The translations under genes were made by a program, and so were the position numbers. The notes beneath the pieces were generated by a model. The model saw nothing but the letters and a program-made list of their open reading frames with translations, searched no databases and was not told the DNA's origin. Below, piece by piece: positions 48,349-60,650 of a DNA stretch of 64,000 nucleotides; the stretch's first letter is position 1; each line of letters opens with the position of its first letter. Source of the DNA: Lingula anatina (taxonomy: Eukaryota; Animalia; Brachiopoda); assembly GCA_051362555.1 (NCBI GenBank), contig CM120649.1, forward strand, positions 18,862,567-18,926,566, in the 5' to 3' direction.

Positions 48349-51300
48349 GTGATATACAATCAGACAGGAAGAGATTACAAAGTAAAGTTTACGCCTGTTT
48401 TCATGTACTAGTATTTATATTTAAACCTTAGAAAATAAACTGACATACAAGACATAAAACCTCAAAATAAACCAAGCATATATATATCCGCATTTTCTTC
48501 TACCTGTACATATATCTATACCGCGTTACGGCAGCATACGTCCTCCGCACGCTTCGAATCGTACGAAACAATTTACCGAACGGGTAGATAAGTGGATGAA
48601 TGTTAGTGCTAAGAATCGCCATGGTAGTGGTAAATACTTTTACGGTGTATTAATTTTAATTGTGGGTTATGTTATTAATATGGAAAATAGTGCTAAAAGA
48701 TCAAATGGAAGTGTTAGTAAATGCCTTATCCATTTAAAAGACTTGAGCAATTATTAGGCTGAATCAGCGGACAACATTAACAGGTGGTTAGTCAACAACC
48801 CCTAGCCAGTTCGACATTGTGCCACAATCACAGATTAAGACCATTATCTGTATTTGTCTTACGTACAGATTTTCACTGTCACTGCCACCACACTACAAGT
48901 ATTTCCATAAAAAGGCCACTCACAGTAACATTAATGACGAAACTGACAGAGACCATTTAAGGAAATATAACGTTTGTTCAAAACATCTTAATACTGGCAA
49001 GATATAGAATTACTCGTATGATGTTGGCTTTACTGAGTTTAATTTTACAACCCAGAGCAGCAATGGCAGAACTCGAGTGTATAGAGGAGTCCATATTGGA
49101 GGGGACCAATAGCGAGCGCAGCAAGTGTTGTGGTGACTTCGAATGGTATGTGGTGCGTTTTCATTAAGCCCCTTCCTTTTTATGCTCATTTCCATAATGA
49201 CACTTCATAGTAAAGTCCCAACGCAATGTACCGTACTAGGATTAAGAATGTGTACATTTACCCCGTGGACCATTTGAAGATTACACTGCGATTAATGCGG
49301 TGGAAAATACAATAGAGAGAGTGTATAATGATAGGGTCGCTAGACGATTGTTGACGGTATATAGTAACTAGCCTAATCCCCTGGTCGCCTGGGTAGCCAC
49401 GCCCCCTACTTAGAGTACTTATGTAAACAAACGGTCTCCCGTAGCGAACTATCCTTTTGTTCAACAGCTTCGCGCGTGCAGCTGATTATGTATGTAGTGA
49501 CACTATAGCTAACTGCATATAAATTTGTGCTAGCTGTTATTTGATTCATTCTGCTGTGTCGGATGTTGTGGATCAGCCCACTGGTTCGTTGACGTATGTT
49601 TTTCTGAAGATTGGTGGTGCAGATTTTGAGTGCTTAATTATTTACCCTCCTTCTAACAAGAGAAAGGGGAAGAGAGATAAAAAGAGAGAGTGTCAAATGA
49701 AACGGGTAATGAGTAATACATTGCATTAAATAAAGGGACTCGGGGTGGAAGAAACGATAGACTGTTTTGCATCAAGGTATGCCATTATAATCCGACATGG
49801 CCCATAACATGATCCATAACATGACTCATTGTTGTATGCCTTATATTTGTGCCGACTTATATTTTACTCTCGTTCATTTCGTGAAACAATTTCCTTGAAT
49901 AATGTTTTGCCTGTATAAATTAACTTTGTGACATGAAGTAATTAATAAAACGCGCCTGTTGAAAAGGGGGCTTTTCGTAACTAATATAGGTTCACTATTC
50001 AGAAAAATATCGTCGCCGTTCGTCGCCGCTACCTTCAGGAAAGCATACCCTCCGCGTGGATCACCGGCATTTTTGGTTATCTGACAAATTAGGGCAATTT
50101 ACGTTTTAGCTAATAATTCTGAATTTACTAATATTTTGGACTAAATTCGATGTCAGATTCATAGCAATGACGGAGAGCCGCCAGAGTAACTGTTTGATTT
50201 TCTAAACTAATCAAACTAGAACGCGTGGCGATAAAATGTGTCGCTAGATTTTGTAAACACTCAGCGAAATGCACCTAGTGACTATATTCATTGTGCCGTC
50301 ACTTAATTGCTTTCTCGATTTCATTAATTGACGATAGTAATTGCAGATAACAAGGAAGAGGAAATGCTGAAGACAAAACAACGTCGGGTCTTTGTGTGAC
50401 TTTCTCCCTATACACTTTTTATGTTACTGTCAAAGAAAAAGGAGTCTAGATAGCGACTATTTAAACCACTGCTGCTGCTTTTGCAGGTAGACTTCCTCGT
50501 TTATCATTTAAATGCTCCCCTCCCCCAGCAGACCCAACTTGATGCATGTACGTCTTGGTAGCTATAGTACAGATCTTGGTTCAAGTAATGAAAGGTTTAA
50601 GCACAAAACGATAATTTGAGGCTATTTTTTCATTCAAGACAAAATTAAGTATCTATGGTGTGTGACAATATAGGGACTTTACAAAGCTTAATTTATCCTT
50701 AAATATATATTCCAGTAGCATAGGCGAGCGACGTAATTGTAACCTCAACTTGAGGTATCCTCGATGAAAGCGGAGTACAAAAATTAACTTTTTTAAATAT
50801 CGATTACAACATGCTGTACAATGATATTGAGACTAAAGGGTTTAATGGACTTCTTTGCCTTAAAAGCAATTCATTTCAAAATTAAAAGAAACAGTTTTTT
50901 CGGGGAGCGCGGGTACACAGTTTACGTCAGGTGATTTGTTAAAGTCGAGGAGTGTTTCACTATCAAATGTGTAAATCATATATGTCATAAAACACTATAA
51001 GAAAGTTTTTTGTTACGATCTGCAACATTTGTTCATTTATATAGCAGGGCGAAGTTAAAGCCAGAGGTAAATAAAACCTAATTCCGTAATCCTCCTCGTC
51101 CATTTATTTAAATTGTATCAAAACGTTTGATACACAATGTTCATTAAATTCATAATTTTGGCGATTTATTAAAACTATATTGGTACATAAAAGTTTAAGA
51201 TTAGCATAAGTTAAGCAACAACCAGTATGAAGAACAACACCCTTTTTAAATGAGGCAAGACACCCTCTTCACACTGATTATAACCTTGAGAAAGACATTA

Positions 51301-53726
51301 TGCAACTTTAGGCAAAGGAGTTACGCAAAGTTCTTTCAACTCGTGTGTGAATACAACACATTCTTTGTCAATTTTACAAGACAATGGAGGCGAGCAAGTA
51401 GAGTAATTACAATATACAATAAAAAGGACATTAGTATAGAAAGCTTACTTCGGGTCAGCCCTTTGCTTGATCGAATGAAAGAGATACATGTAGATATCGC
51501 GCCGCGACTCCCTTTATTAAACTTTCGTGTGTTTGTGTAAAAGTGTGAAAGACAGGCAACGGTCTTTAGTCGCTGTTGATATTGTTCGCGATTAATATTG
51601 AAGTATAACTCCTTCGCCTGCATGTAAACGTGTTACTTTTCCTCATGTTCTCTATATTTCTTTTAGGTGGTTGAGACAATGGGATGAGATCGATAAAAGT
51701 AAAGGTTAATCTAAACAATTAGATGCGATTTTTGTGAAATGACTTATTAAGTGATGTGCATGTACCTAGCATGTTTAAATTCTTGAATTTCTAATTTGTT
51801 AAATCTTTCATACACGGCCTCATATATGTATTACTCTCAGGACTTCGATATTATTGTGTTACACGGGACTCCTGGAAACCTGAAGCACAGGTCTACGGAG
51901 TCTTGTTATCCTTCATGCAGTTTTATGGCTGGGATGAACACTGCGAAGTAGAAACAGGCTTTACTTAGCTTTACTTGATGCACGACAGTTTAAACAAAAC
52001 CAGTCTGCAAGGCTTGCTTTGATTTGGGGTTAACCTTACACTGGTTTTAAAAGAACAAATATAAATATGTTCGATGGATTAAATGCCGGCTTCGTTATAT
52101 TTTAACTAAATGCGTTCATTTGCACAGTTACACAGATAATATTTTTAAGTTGTCTGTCGTTCAGCACGCATTATAGGCGAGTAGCTAAATAGTGACGGTG
52201 ATCAATCCAAGCTCTTGGCAAGTATCGTTTACAAAATAGATCATGTTGAATAAACTTAATTACGCTTTAATAAATAATCAACACACGGTTCGGTTATTGT
52301 CACTTGAAAGCTTTCGATCAAAGACGTTCAATGAAATCACAAATCATTTGACGATTAAAAAATGGGCATGTTCAAGGGACAGTGTTTGTTTCAGCTAAAG
52401 GGACTTCAGGTTCAGGTAGAGGGTTCAGTTACGTACGTGTTTCATCGGATGATAGCATCACGCCCTAGGTCTAAGCGAGTGGAATAGAAGCATTTTATCC
52501 AAACATCCTATTCCTAACTACTGAGTTAGGACAAAGGTCTAGTAACATGCACTGTGCAATTACTATTAATGGATCAGATGCATACTTGATTGTTTTTCCT
52601 CTGGTGTCGCACGTATGCATCCTTTCTTGAGTGATCTAAAACGAGTCGCTAGTGTACCATGTTTCTCACTGTAGCAAAATATGTTCGACATGGTGTTTCT
52701 GAACGGCAGCCGGAGACACAGTAATTGTATAGGCATGCTTTAAGCTTGTTCGAGAGATAATAACAGTCGGGTTTAACAATAGATAGCGAGCTATAGTAAG
52801 ACCCCCTCCTCTTTAACTGATGATTTACACTTTTAATTGACCGTACTTTCGTATATTGTATGATCATACAGCCAGACTTCCCCCTGTTGCACCTTGTAGT
52901 TGGATTGTCATTGCGCCTATGTCAATGCACCTCATTTAATTTCAATATTATAATATAAGCATAATATAAGTAATATGTTATTTCCTTATTCCTCTTTCAT
53001 TATCATTCATGTTTTATAAATACTTGAACGCTTGAATGCAGATATTTCAAATTAAAACGTAAGTACATAAATAAATTATACATTTATAAATTAATGCAAT
53101 GGGAATTTTTTGAAACAGATTGATGCTGACGCTCATGCATTTCAACCAAACAAACAATAATAAGTTCAATTTTTGACTGCGGAAATTTCATATAGGATGA
53201 AATAACTGATAACAAATTTAACAAGCAGTTTGTTAGCAACACTAAAAACCAGCTGCGCGTGCCAAACTAGTGAACAAAAGGACAGTTCGCTTCGCGTGGC
53301 ACGCCTTAGCATGGGTTTAGCCTCTTCAAGCTATAATCCTATTGCCGCAGCAAACAATAGGGACCTTCTGGCTGATGTATCCTGCTGTTAATTACACCTA
53401 GTTACAGCGGATTGTCACGCTCGCGCTGGGCAACAGAAACCGGCGTCATGGGGTCCACTCGTATTAAGTATTGTGTTATTCCACCTAAGCTATTGTGTTT
53501 GTGCGTTCGAATTTTGAAGGGATTTATACGGCCCTCCATTGTTTGTCCGCCCCCTTCTATTCACAAGATAGGGATTAAAACATTTCAAACGTTGTTACAC
53601 CGGTGTACAACGGAAACAAAATTATTCCGACCACTGTACGACCCAATTATGCAATAGCTGACAATGAATACTTTTTTACTTATTGAACAGTAAACATTAT
53701 TTTTTTTGTAATAAATGCTTTTCTTA

Positions 53727-53995
53727 CCCGCACGAAAACGAAGTAGATACTCCAGCGCAGTAGACTACTGCAATCATACTGTAAACATGCTTCAAATCTG
53801 CTTCGATGTGGGAGCTAATTAGTATATTTGAAACATGCTTCTATCATGCTGCTAATCTACTGCATTAATGCTCCTCCTCTGTACAACCCTATGTCATTTT
53901 TGAAGTAGAATTGCATTTCTACTGCAAATATGCTCCATACCACTACTGCGTTCATGCTTCTTTGCTACTTCGATACTACTGCATTTTCGTGCGGG
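53727..53995. mobile_element. 269-bp MITE with TA target duplication
   Basis: TIR cccgcacgaaaacgaagtag / ctactgcattttcgtgcggg, with TA on both sides. Confidence 0.8.
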
Positions 53996-54232
53996 TAGTG
54001 TTGCCTATCCCTCTTTTTGGGTAGCATTTAATTGAAATAACCACATTTATATAATCCAAGTTTAAACCTTATTAATGCAATACATGTAAATATGGATGGA
54101 ATACAAATTAATCGAGGATATACATGCATTTAGCCCGAAAGAAATGGTATTTTACGGCTAAAGCTTAAAAAATTATTATCCATTACTATATAAGCGCTAA
54201 AGTAAGACCTTCACACTGATGCATATATATAC

Positions 54233-54322
54233 CTGTATATCTGGCATTTCTAAACGTCTCAGCAGTTCTCCTATGGCGATGTGCTTCTTCTTTTCTGCCA
54301 CCATTCTTGGCGTCTTTCCACA
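54233..54322 (-). CDS. C-capping ankyrin exon
   Basis: Phase 0-0. Reads CGKTPRMVAEKKKHIAIGELLRRLEMPDIQ. Confidence 0.75.
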
Positions 54323-55120
54323 CTGTTATTGAAAGGCATATAAAAGTAGTAAGGAATCAGGCTGGGGGTTCTTAAAAAAAGATGACCCTGAGAACCTGTG
54401 TTAACGTGACATCACATAGGGTTTCTATGGAAATATTTCTTAGTAGCTCATCGATTTTGTTTGTTTGTCTACATCCACTTTCGGTGTAATTTTGTTGTGT
54501 AAGATTTTTAATTGTTTTTCAAATCCCTACGGCCAACTTGTGTTCTTATGCCATTTTTACCAAAAAATAAATAAATAAATAAATAATAATAATAAATAAA
54601 TTAAAATAGTAAAAAAAAATTAAAAAAAAATAAATAATAATAAATTAATTAATAGATAAATAAAACATATGGATGAAAATGTTAAGTTAGCATATCAGTC
54701 GCGTCGCATCTTATATAGATAATAGTGCGCTTGCACTAAAGTTTGTTCTAGTGTATTATTGAGTTGTATACAAACAGAAAAGTTAAGACACCCAGTGGAC
54801 AAAGCCCGAAATACTATTTGATCGCTTAAGCGCCCTTGTATTCGATTGCAAACAGTCTTATCAAATATTTCTTTGTGTCTAAAACTGGCAGCCCAGGGAA
54901 GACGTCCCGCCCTCTCTATGGATATTTAACATCAATATCATTAATGCCATAGAAACACTATTTCTGCACATGAAGAGAATAAATCATTATTAAATTAAAT
55001 GAATAATCAGTTTACAGAAAATGTACTTGTTAATCTTACATAATTCATTTTTACAAAATGCGGGAAACATATATAGCACATAAGTGTATCCTCATTGTGA
55101 TTTGACTATTGTACATTCAC

Positions 55121-55219
55121 CTTATCCTGTATATTGGTATTCGCCCCGTGTTGGAGGAGAAGCTGGACACATGCCGTATGGCCGCCATCAGCAGCCCAGT
55201 GAAGTGGTGCCCATCCAGA
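55121..55219 (-). CDS. Single-ankyrin-repeat exon (99 bp)
   Basis: [33 protein letters not shown], with AG/GT boundaries. Confidence 0.9.
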
Positions 55220-55377
55220 CTGTGAATGTGTAAAATAAAAACGATTAAATATGTAAATTCATTACCCGAAATATTTTCATTTCAATACAGGCTTTGGAAT
55301 AATCAGTAATACTAAAACTTGTAAATCTGGCTGAATTTCTTCCCGTAATTTGTAGACAATAAGGTGTGTTGACTTTT

Positions 55378-55473
55378 CTACATTAAATCGGTATCTGCCC
55401 CGTGTTGGAGGAGAAGATGGACACATTCCTTGCGGCCGTTACAGGCAGCCCAGTGCAATGGTGTGAAATAACC
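55378..55473 (-). pseudogene. Ankyrin exon copy that has lost its splice donor
   Basis: Reads [31 protein letters not shown]. Compared with sister exons, the last codons plus GTGA are deleted, so the frame reads into a TAG. Confidence 0.7.
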
Positions 55474-55766
55474 CTGTCACATGGTATATAGGGTATTTAA
55501 AGTATGTACAAACATTATACGATTAAAATGAGAAAGTAAAATGATCCAGCAAAAGTAGAACAAACACGTTTTTATATGTTCCTTTGGATTTGTACATCAA
55601 ACATACGTGTAGATAATCCACGTCGAAGAAACATTTGTTTCAATACATGCTTTAAAATAATCAGTTATAAAAAAGGAGAAAGATCATTCAGCAGAAAAAT
55701 GTTAACCTCGAAGAATCTTTACCCATAACTGCCAAACATGATGTGTTTAGACCTCTTTACACCCAC

Positions 55767-55865
55767 CTCGTCCTGTATTTTGGTATCCGCCCCGTGTTGA
55801 AGGAGAAGCTGGACACATGCCGTATGGCCGTCACGGGCAGCCCAGTGAAGTGGTGTGCTCCCGTC
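55767..55865 (-). CDS. Single-ankyrin-repeat exon (99 bp)
   Basis: [33 protein letters not shown]. Confidence 0.9.
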
Positions 55866-56668
55866 CTGTGGATGTGTACAAACAAACCGATTTAACAGAG
55901 ATAATTCATGCCAAAGTAGCATATTTAATTCCTTTAAAGGTTATTGTAACCCTTTATTATCATCCAGATACCGAAAATGTTTTTTCTTCTATCTAATTAA
56001 TCAACAATGCCCCTTTCTTTGTGCTGACTAAAACAATAAAAATAAGCTCGAAAATATTTTAATTTTATATTTCATCCCTGCAATGTATAGGCATAAGCAA
56101 CTCAAAGCTTGATTTGTCAATTTAACGCCTTTTTATTTTGGGGGGAGATTACAATCGATAAGTGGCGTATTAGTAATTTCATCCCTATAAAGTTTTATCT
56201 CCAATATCGACATTTTGGTTTTAAAGTTTTGTTATGGAGTTATGAGCTCCTTATTACACTGAGGAAAGACATTGTTTTGCTTTATTAATGATAAAATCTG
56301 AACCAAGACTTTAAAGAAAAACCTCTGGCAAGGTTTTGGAGTTCTAAATGCTGTCATTCAATCGGCATTGAAAGAGTGATCGCGGGTACTAAAGGTAAAA
56401 GAGAAATTTGAGACACCAATTTTTCTGTTTTTTTTTTGTTTTTGCCCCAAAATCGCAATTATAACGTCACCCATAAGACATACCCAAATGTTAATCAATT
56501 TAGTCGCCGAACACTGAAGATTTATCTATTAACCAAAAAAATGTATGTAAGGCAGTAAATAATGGGTTTTGGGCAAAGGGTGACAATATCCGTAACATGG
56601 AGAAAATTGGAGCTTCCCGTAAATGTGCATTTAACCATATGTACGTATTCACACTATTCTACACTCGC

Positions 56669-56773
56669 CTCATCCTGTATAGGCCTATTAGTATCCGCCC
56701 CGTGTTGGAGGAGAAGCCGGACGCATTCTGTATGGCATTTACCTGCAGCCAAGTGAAGTGGTGTCCACCCAAA
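56669..56773 (-). CDS. Single-ankyrin-repeat exon (105 bp, GC donor)
   Basis: [35 protein letters not shown], with donor GAG|GCGAGT and an in-frame 6-bp insertion. Confidence 0.7.
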
Positions 56774-56983
56774 CTGCAGGTTTGTAGAAACGATGTGATT
56801 TTTTTTTTGTTATCATAACTATTTAATATATTTTTATTCGTGTTTCACTTTTAAATGCTCGACTAATATTAAAATTTCTCAAAATTTTTGTACACAATCT
56901 ATGTTTATGGGACCTTGGGGCTGGAGGGTCGATACATACTATTAATATTACGGAAAATGTGGCTCACTGCATTACTGTATATA

Positions 56984-58643
56984 CAGACTTGACATTTAAT
57001 ATGGAATATTTTTTTCCAAATAATTTTTCATCAGTTTTTTCCTATTTTGCTGACTGATAAATGAAAATAAGGCTTAAAATTGGGTTTTAATAACTTTTAA
57101 TTATCCTTTTGATGTCATTGTGTCTTCAGTTCATTAATGGAATTCGCCAGAGAAGCAAACAAAAACACATTGCCTATTCTATGTCATACGACAACAATTA
57201 AAAGAGATATTTTGGATCTCCACATTTTCCAAATTATTTTCTGTAAAAGAGTTACACGCCTCACAAAGAACCCCCATGTCAGTGTCTAGTCACAGTAACG
57301 GTCGCTGTTACGCTTGACCTCTTCTGTCTGCTACCAGGGCTCTCAAGGGGCAAGGCATTCCTTGGGTTAGGTTTTTAGAGTTAAATCTGGAATAACATTC
57401 CAGGCATCGGTCAAAATCTGTCCAATTTGGTCCAGTTTTGTTGTAGGACATGTAGGCCATTGATTCGGCGAGTAATGGCCTACCCACATATTGTCTATGT
57501 GGTTCAAATGTGGCGATTTTGATTACCAAGGTAGCTGCTCATTCCCTTGGTTCTGTAAGTAATCTGCTTTTAAAAGTGCTCTGTGTGTACCGGCAATTTC
57601 ACCGTGCAACCTAAAATTGTTCCTAAGGTGCCCCCTGTCAAATGATTGTCAAGTGGTTCCCAGATTATTCCTTTATTTGATCTGGTTCAGGTTTTCGTGG
57701 ATGACCATCATTGGTGTTTTGGCACCAATGTGGTATCCGCTCCAATTACCGACGCTGTTAATGAACTTAGTCACTTTAAACGCGGCACACGCTTAGTTGT
57801 TGGCCTCTTCTGGATGTCTGTAAATTCTGTTTTGACAAGTTGAGAGGCATAGGTGAAAACTGACCTCAATAAAGAAAGCCACGACTTTTCAGTGTTCAAC
57901 TCAGAAACAGTCAAGGTCCCCAATTCATTAGAGAAACATACAGCGATGTTTTGCTGTTTACAGTGGGTTCCCCCGAGGTCGTCTGGTATTCTAACCAGCT
58001 AAAACCAGTTTGGTGTTCTCTAAGGGCCTTGAAAAATGCGTTTTGGTGGCAATTTACCCCTCATTCTGAACGGACTGGGTGGTTTTTGTTTAGTTGCAAC
58101 AACATATCCCGACAGACAGTACGTCCTGTACCCTGGTGGTAAGATTTCAATACATTGGGTGTGGTCTCTGTGTAGGTGCATCAGTCTGGACATTACTCTA
58201 TTAAACTGTGCGGACCGTTTCGTTTGGCGCAATTATCTGTCTGACAATGCCTGGCTTTTTCGAGCCATTCTGCCACAGATTAACAAATTTGCGGAGCAGT
58301 GCATAGCTCATTTTACACCTTGCAAAACTGACCACTTGCATGCCAAATTTCAAATTCATCTATGCAGTAGTTACCGACATATGGATACTTTTTTGGAAGA
58401 ACCATGCTTTGCCAAAGCCAAGCTTTGACCTGCCCAAAGGAGCACTACCCAATTAAATCACTGCATATTACATAATGCAGCAGCGCAACAAACCTGGAAT
58501 TCAGTGAATTGGAAGTGACACACCTGACTACACACTTCTCCATTCACATATCTTATATGAGATCTGAGTTTTTGAAAAAAGGATGCATTTTTACCAGGGC
58601 ATACCTTCTAAACTGAAATATTCCATATTAAATGTCAAGTCTG
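56984..58643 (-). mobile_element. Full-length but decayed Tc1/mariner element (1.66 kb)
   Basis: TIR CAGACTTGACATTTAATATGGAATATTT at both ends with TA flanks. Degenerate transposase on the - strand: GAKTPMMVIHENLN, THRALLKADYLQNQG, LPW*SKSPHLNHIDNMW, DAWNVIP, NLTQGMP..LRALVADRRG. Confidence 0.85.
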
Positions 58644-58804
58644 TATATTTACAAACAACATGATTAAACTGAGATAATTTATGTTGACAAATAAGTATAT
58701 TTTCTTGCAGGTTTTGAAAAAAATTTAGTCTTGAATTAAATCAAAGTAGGGGATCAGAGAGGCGATACCGCCTCCGGGTATCGTACCACCAGCTGGAGTA
58801 AGCG

Positions 58805-59697
58805 CATTTGTATGGACAGGGACACCACCTCCACTTTTGTGCTTGACAAGCTCTACAAAAAGCAGTAAATGAAGGTTCTCAATATTTTTGTTGGATATTA
58901 CCATTAAAAACAAAACCATAGGGAAAAGTAAAAGAAAAGTAAAAAGTTTTTAAAAAAATGGCAAAGGTCAGTTCATGATGAAAAGTAGGTCAAAGGTCAA
59001 TGTGAGGGTCACAGACTTCCTATTCAAGTTCAATAGATCTGTGGGTATATCTTTGCTGGTTTTTGAGATATAACGGATAGAAAAGTTCCAAAGTTCAGCC
59101 CATGGTGAAAAGTAGGTCAATTGCCAAACTAAGGTTTAAACTAAATATTAAGGTCATATTTAGATAGCCAGTATATGACTTTCCATTCAAGTTCGATAGT
59201 AACTCTGGGCGTATCTCTATCAAATTTGGAGATATACCTGAAAGGGACTAAAATGTTCCAAAGTTCAGTTCATGGTGAAAAGTAGATCAAATGTAAATTT
59301 GAAGGCCACAGTTAGATTGTCAGTGTATTATTTCCTATTCAACTTCAACAGTAGCTATGGCCCTATCTCTTCCAGTTTTAAAATGTTGCAATTTTAGAGT
59401 GACAGTTATGTGCCATACATTTCATACAGAAGAACTTAATTGAAATAAAGAAAATGTCATTTTGGTTGATATTCATGAAATGGGAGGTGCTCAGAAATTC
59501 TAGGTGTTCGAATTTCATGAAATAATGTCATTTTTGACCATTTTTGACCATTTTTTTGGGCATATTACCGTATTGCACATTTTGCTTTTACCACCACAAT
59601 GTACTTTTTGATACAGTGTAACTCGTAAACCGTATGGAAAACAAAAAACGGACACCACCTTCAGTGTTGGGCTTGACATGCTCTATCAAAAGCAAAA
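58805..59697. repeat. Repeat element with ~50-bp terminal direct repeats and three internal subrepeats (Helentron-like/satellite-associated)
   Basis: ggacaccacct...gcttgaca.gctcta..aaaagca at ~58820 and ~59650. The internal unit catggtgaaaagtaggtcaa...ttcctattcaagttcaatag occurs three times. Confidence 0.55.
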
Positions 59698-59702
59698 TAA
59701 AA

Positions 59703-60093
59703 AAACAAGAGGTCTCTAGCATTAGCGGTTCCAGAATTAGAGACAGTTTTCAGTTTCGGCATCTACATGTAGTGGCCGCTGCTCCCGTGAAAATGCACCT
59801 GTTGACCCCCCCCAAAACTCACGGAGATGAAAGAGGACCCTAATGGTAACGCCTGCCAATAATATTATAGGTGGGGTCTGTGCAGTTTCTGAATATCGGC
59901 GCATCGACGAAGCCCACATTTTACGTGGATTGAGTTGAGATTATACGTGACCTAAAACCAAAAGATGGGTACGAAGGCCCTTGTAGTCTAGGAGGAGAAG
60001 CGGTAACAGTGACGTGGCGCCGGAGCCGACGGAACGGATGGGTCGGTACTAAAACCATGTGTACCGCCAGCGTCTACGCTGGAGGTACAATAA
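59703..60093 (+). mobile_element. Helentron/HINE-like element
   Basis: Begins aaacaagagg and ends with the hairpin gtaccgccagcg-tcta-cgctggaggtac. Its 3' end is shared with ~34870-34960. Confidence 0.5.
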
Positions 60094-60212
60094 TCAATTA
60101 TCATATCTTGTTAATTTGGCATAGTTTCTTGTAGTAAATGACGGAATTTGTAGCTTAGTTTTAAAACCTGTACATGTAACCATATTGCTTTGTCAAAATA
60201 TTCTACACTCAC

Positions 60213-60311
60213 CGCAGTCTGTTTATTGATATCCGCACCATGTTGGAGGAGAAGCTGGACACTTTGTGTGTTGCCAAAGGAAGCAGCATAGTGAAGTGGT
60301 GTCCATTCAGA
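60213..60311 (-). CDS. Single-ankyrin-repeat exon (99 bp)
   Basis: [33 protein letters not shown]. Confidence 0.9.
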
Positions 60312-60551
60312 CTGTGAATGTACATGTATAAAATAAGTGAAATTTAATATGATAATTCATGTTGTCAAAATATGTTTATTTCTATACAGGCTTTGAAATT
60401 ATCACCAATTAACTCAAACATAACTGATCATCATATATTGTACATTTTGCACAATTTCTTCAAATGAATTGCTGAAAGTGCAGTGTTGCGTACATGTACA
60501 TGTAAGTGTGCATGTAACCATGCTGATGTACTTAAACTATTCTACATTCAC

Positions 60552-60650
60552 CTCAGTTTGTATGCTGATATCCGCCCGGTGTTGGAGGAGAAGCTGGACA
60601 CAATGTGTGTGGCTGTTACGGGCAGCCCAGTGAAGTGGCGTGCTCCCGTC
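60552..60650 (-). CDS. Single-ankyrin-repeat exon (99 bp); the most 5' coding exon recognised
   Basis: [33 protein letters not shown]. Confidence 0.9.

Noticed and set aside
49325-49376. ~50-bp match to 62905-62955
   Set aside because: Probably a fragment of a dispersed repeat cut by the LINE insertion; too short to classify.
51841-51947. + strand exon-like stretch after ctctcag
   Set aside because: No partner exons or recognisable motif.
52870-52916. 47-bp candidate exon on the - strand (AMTIQLQGATGGSLA)
   Set aside because: It has a stop when entered in phase 0, the phase left by the upstream exon. It could be real only with another exon I could not find.
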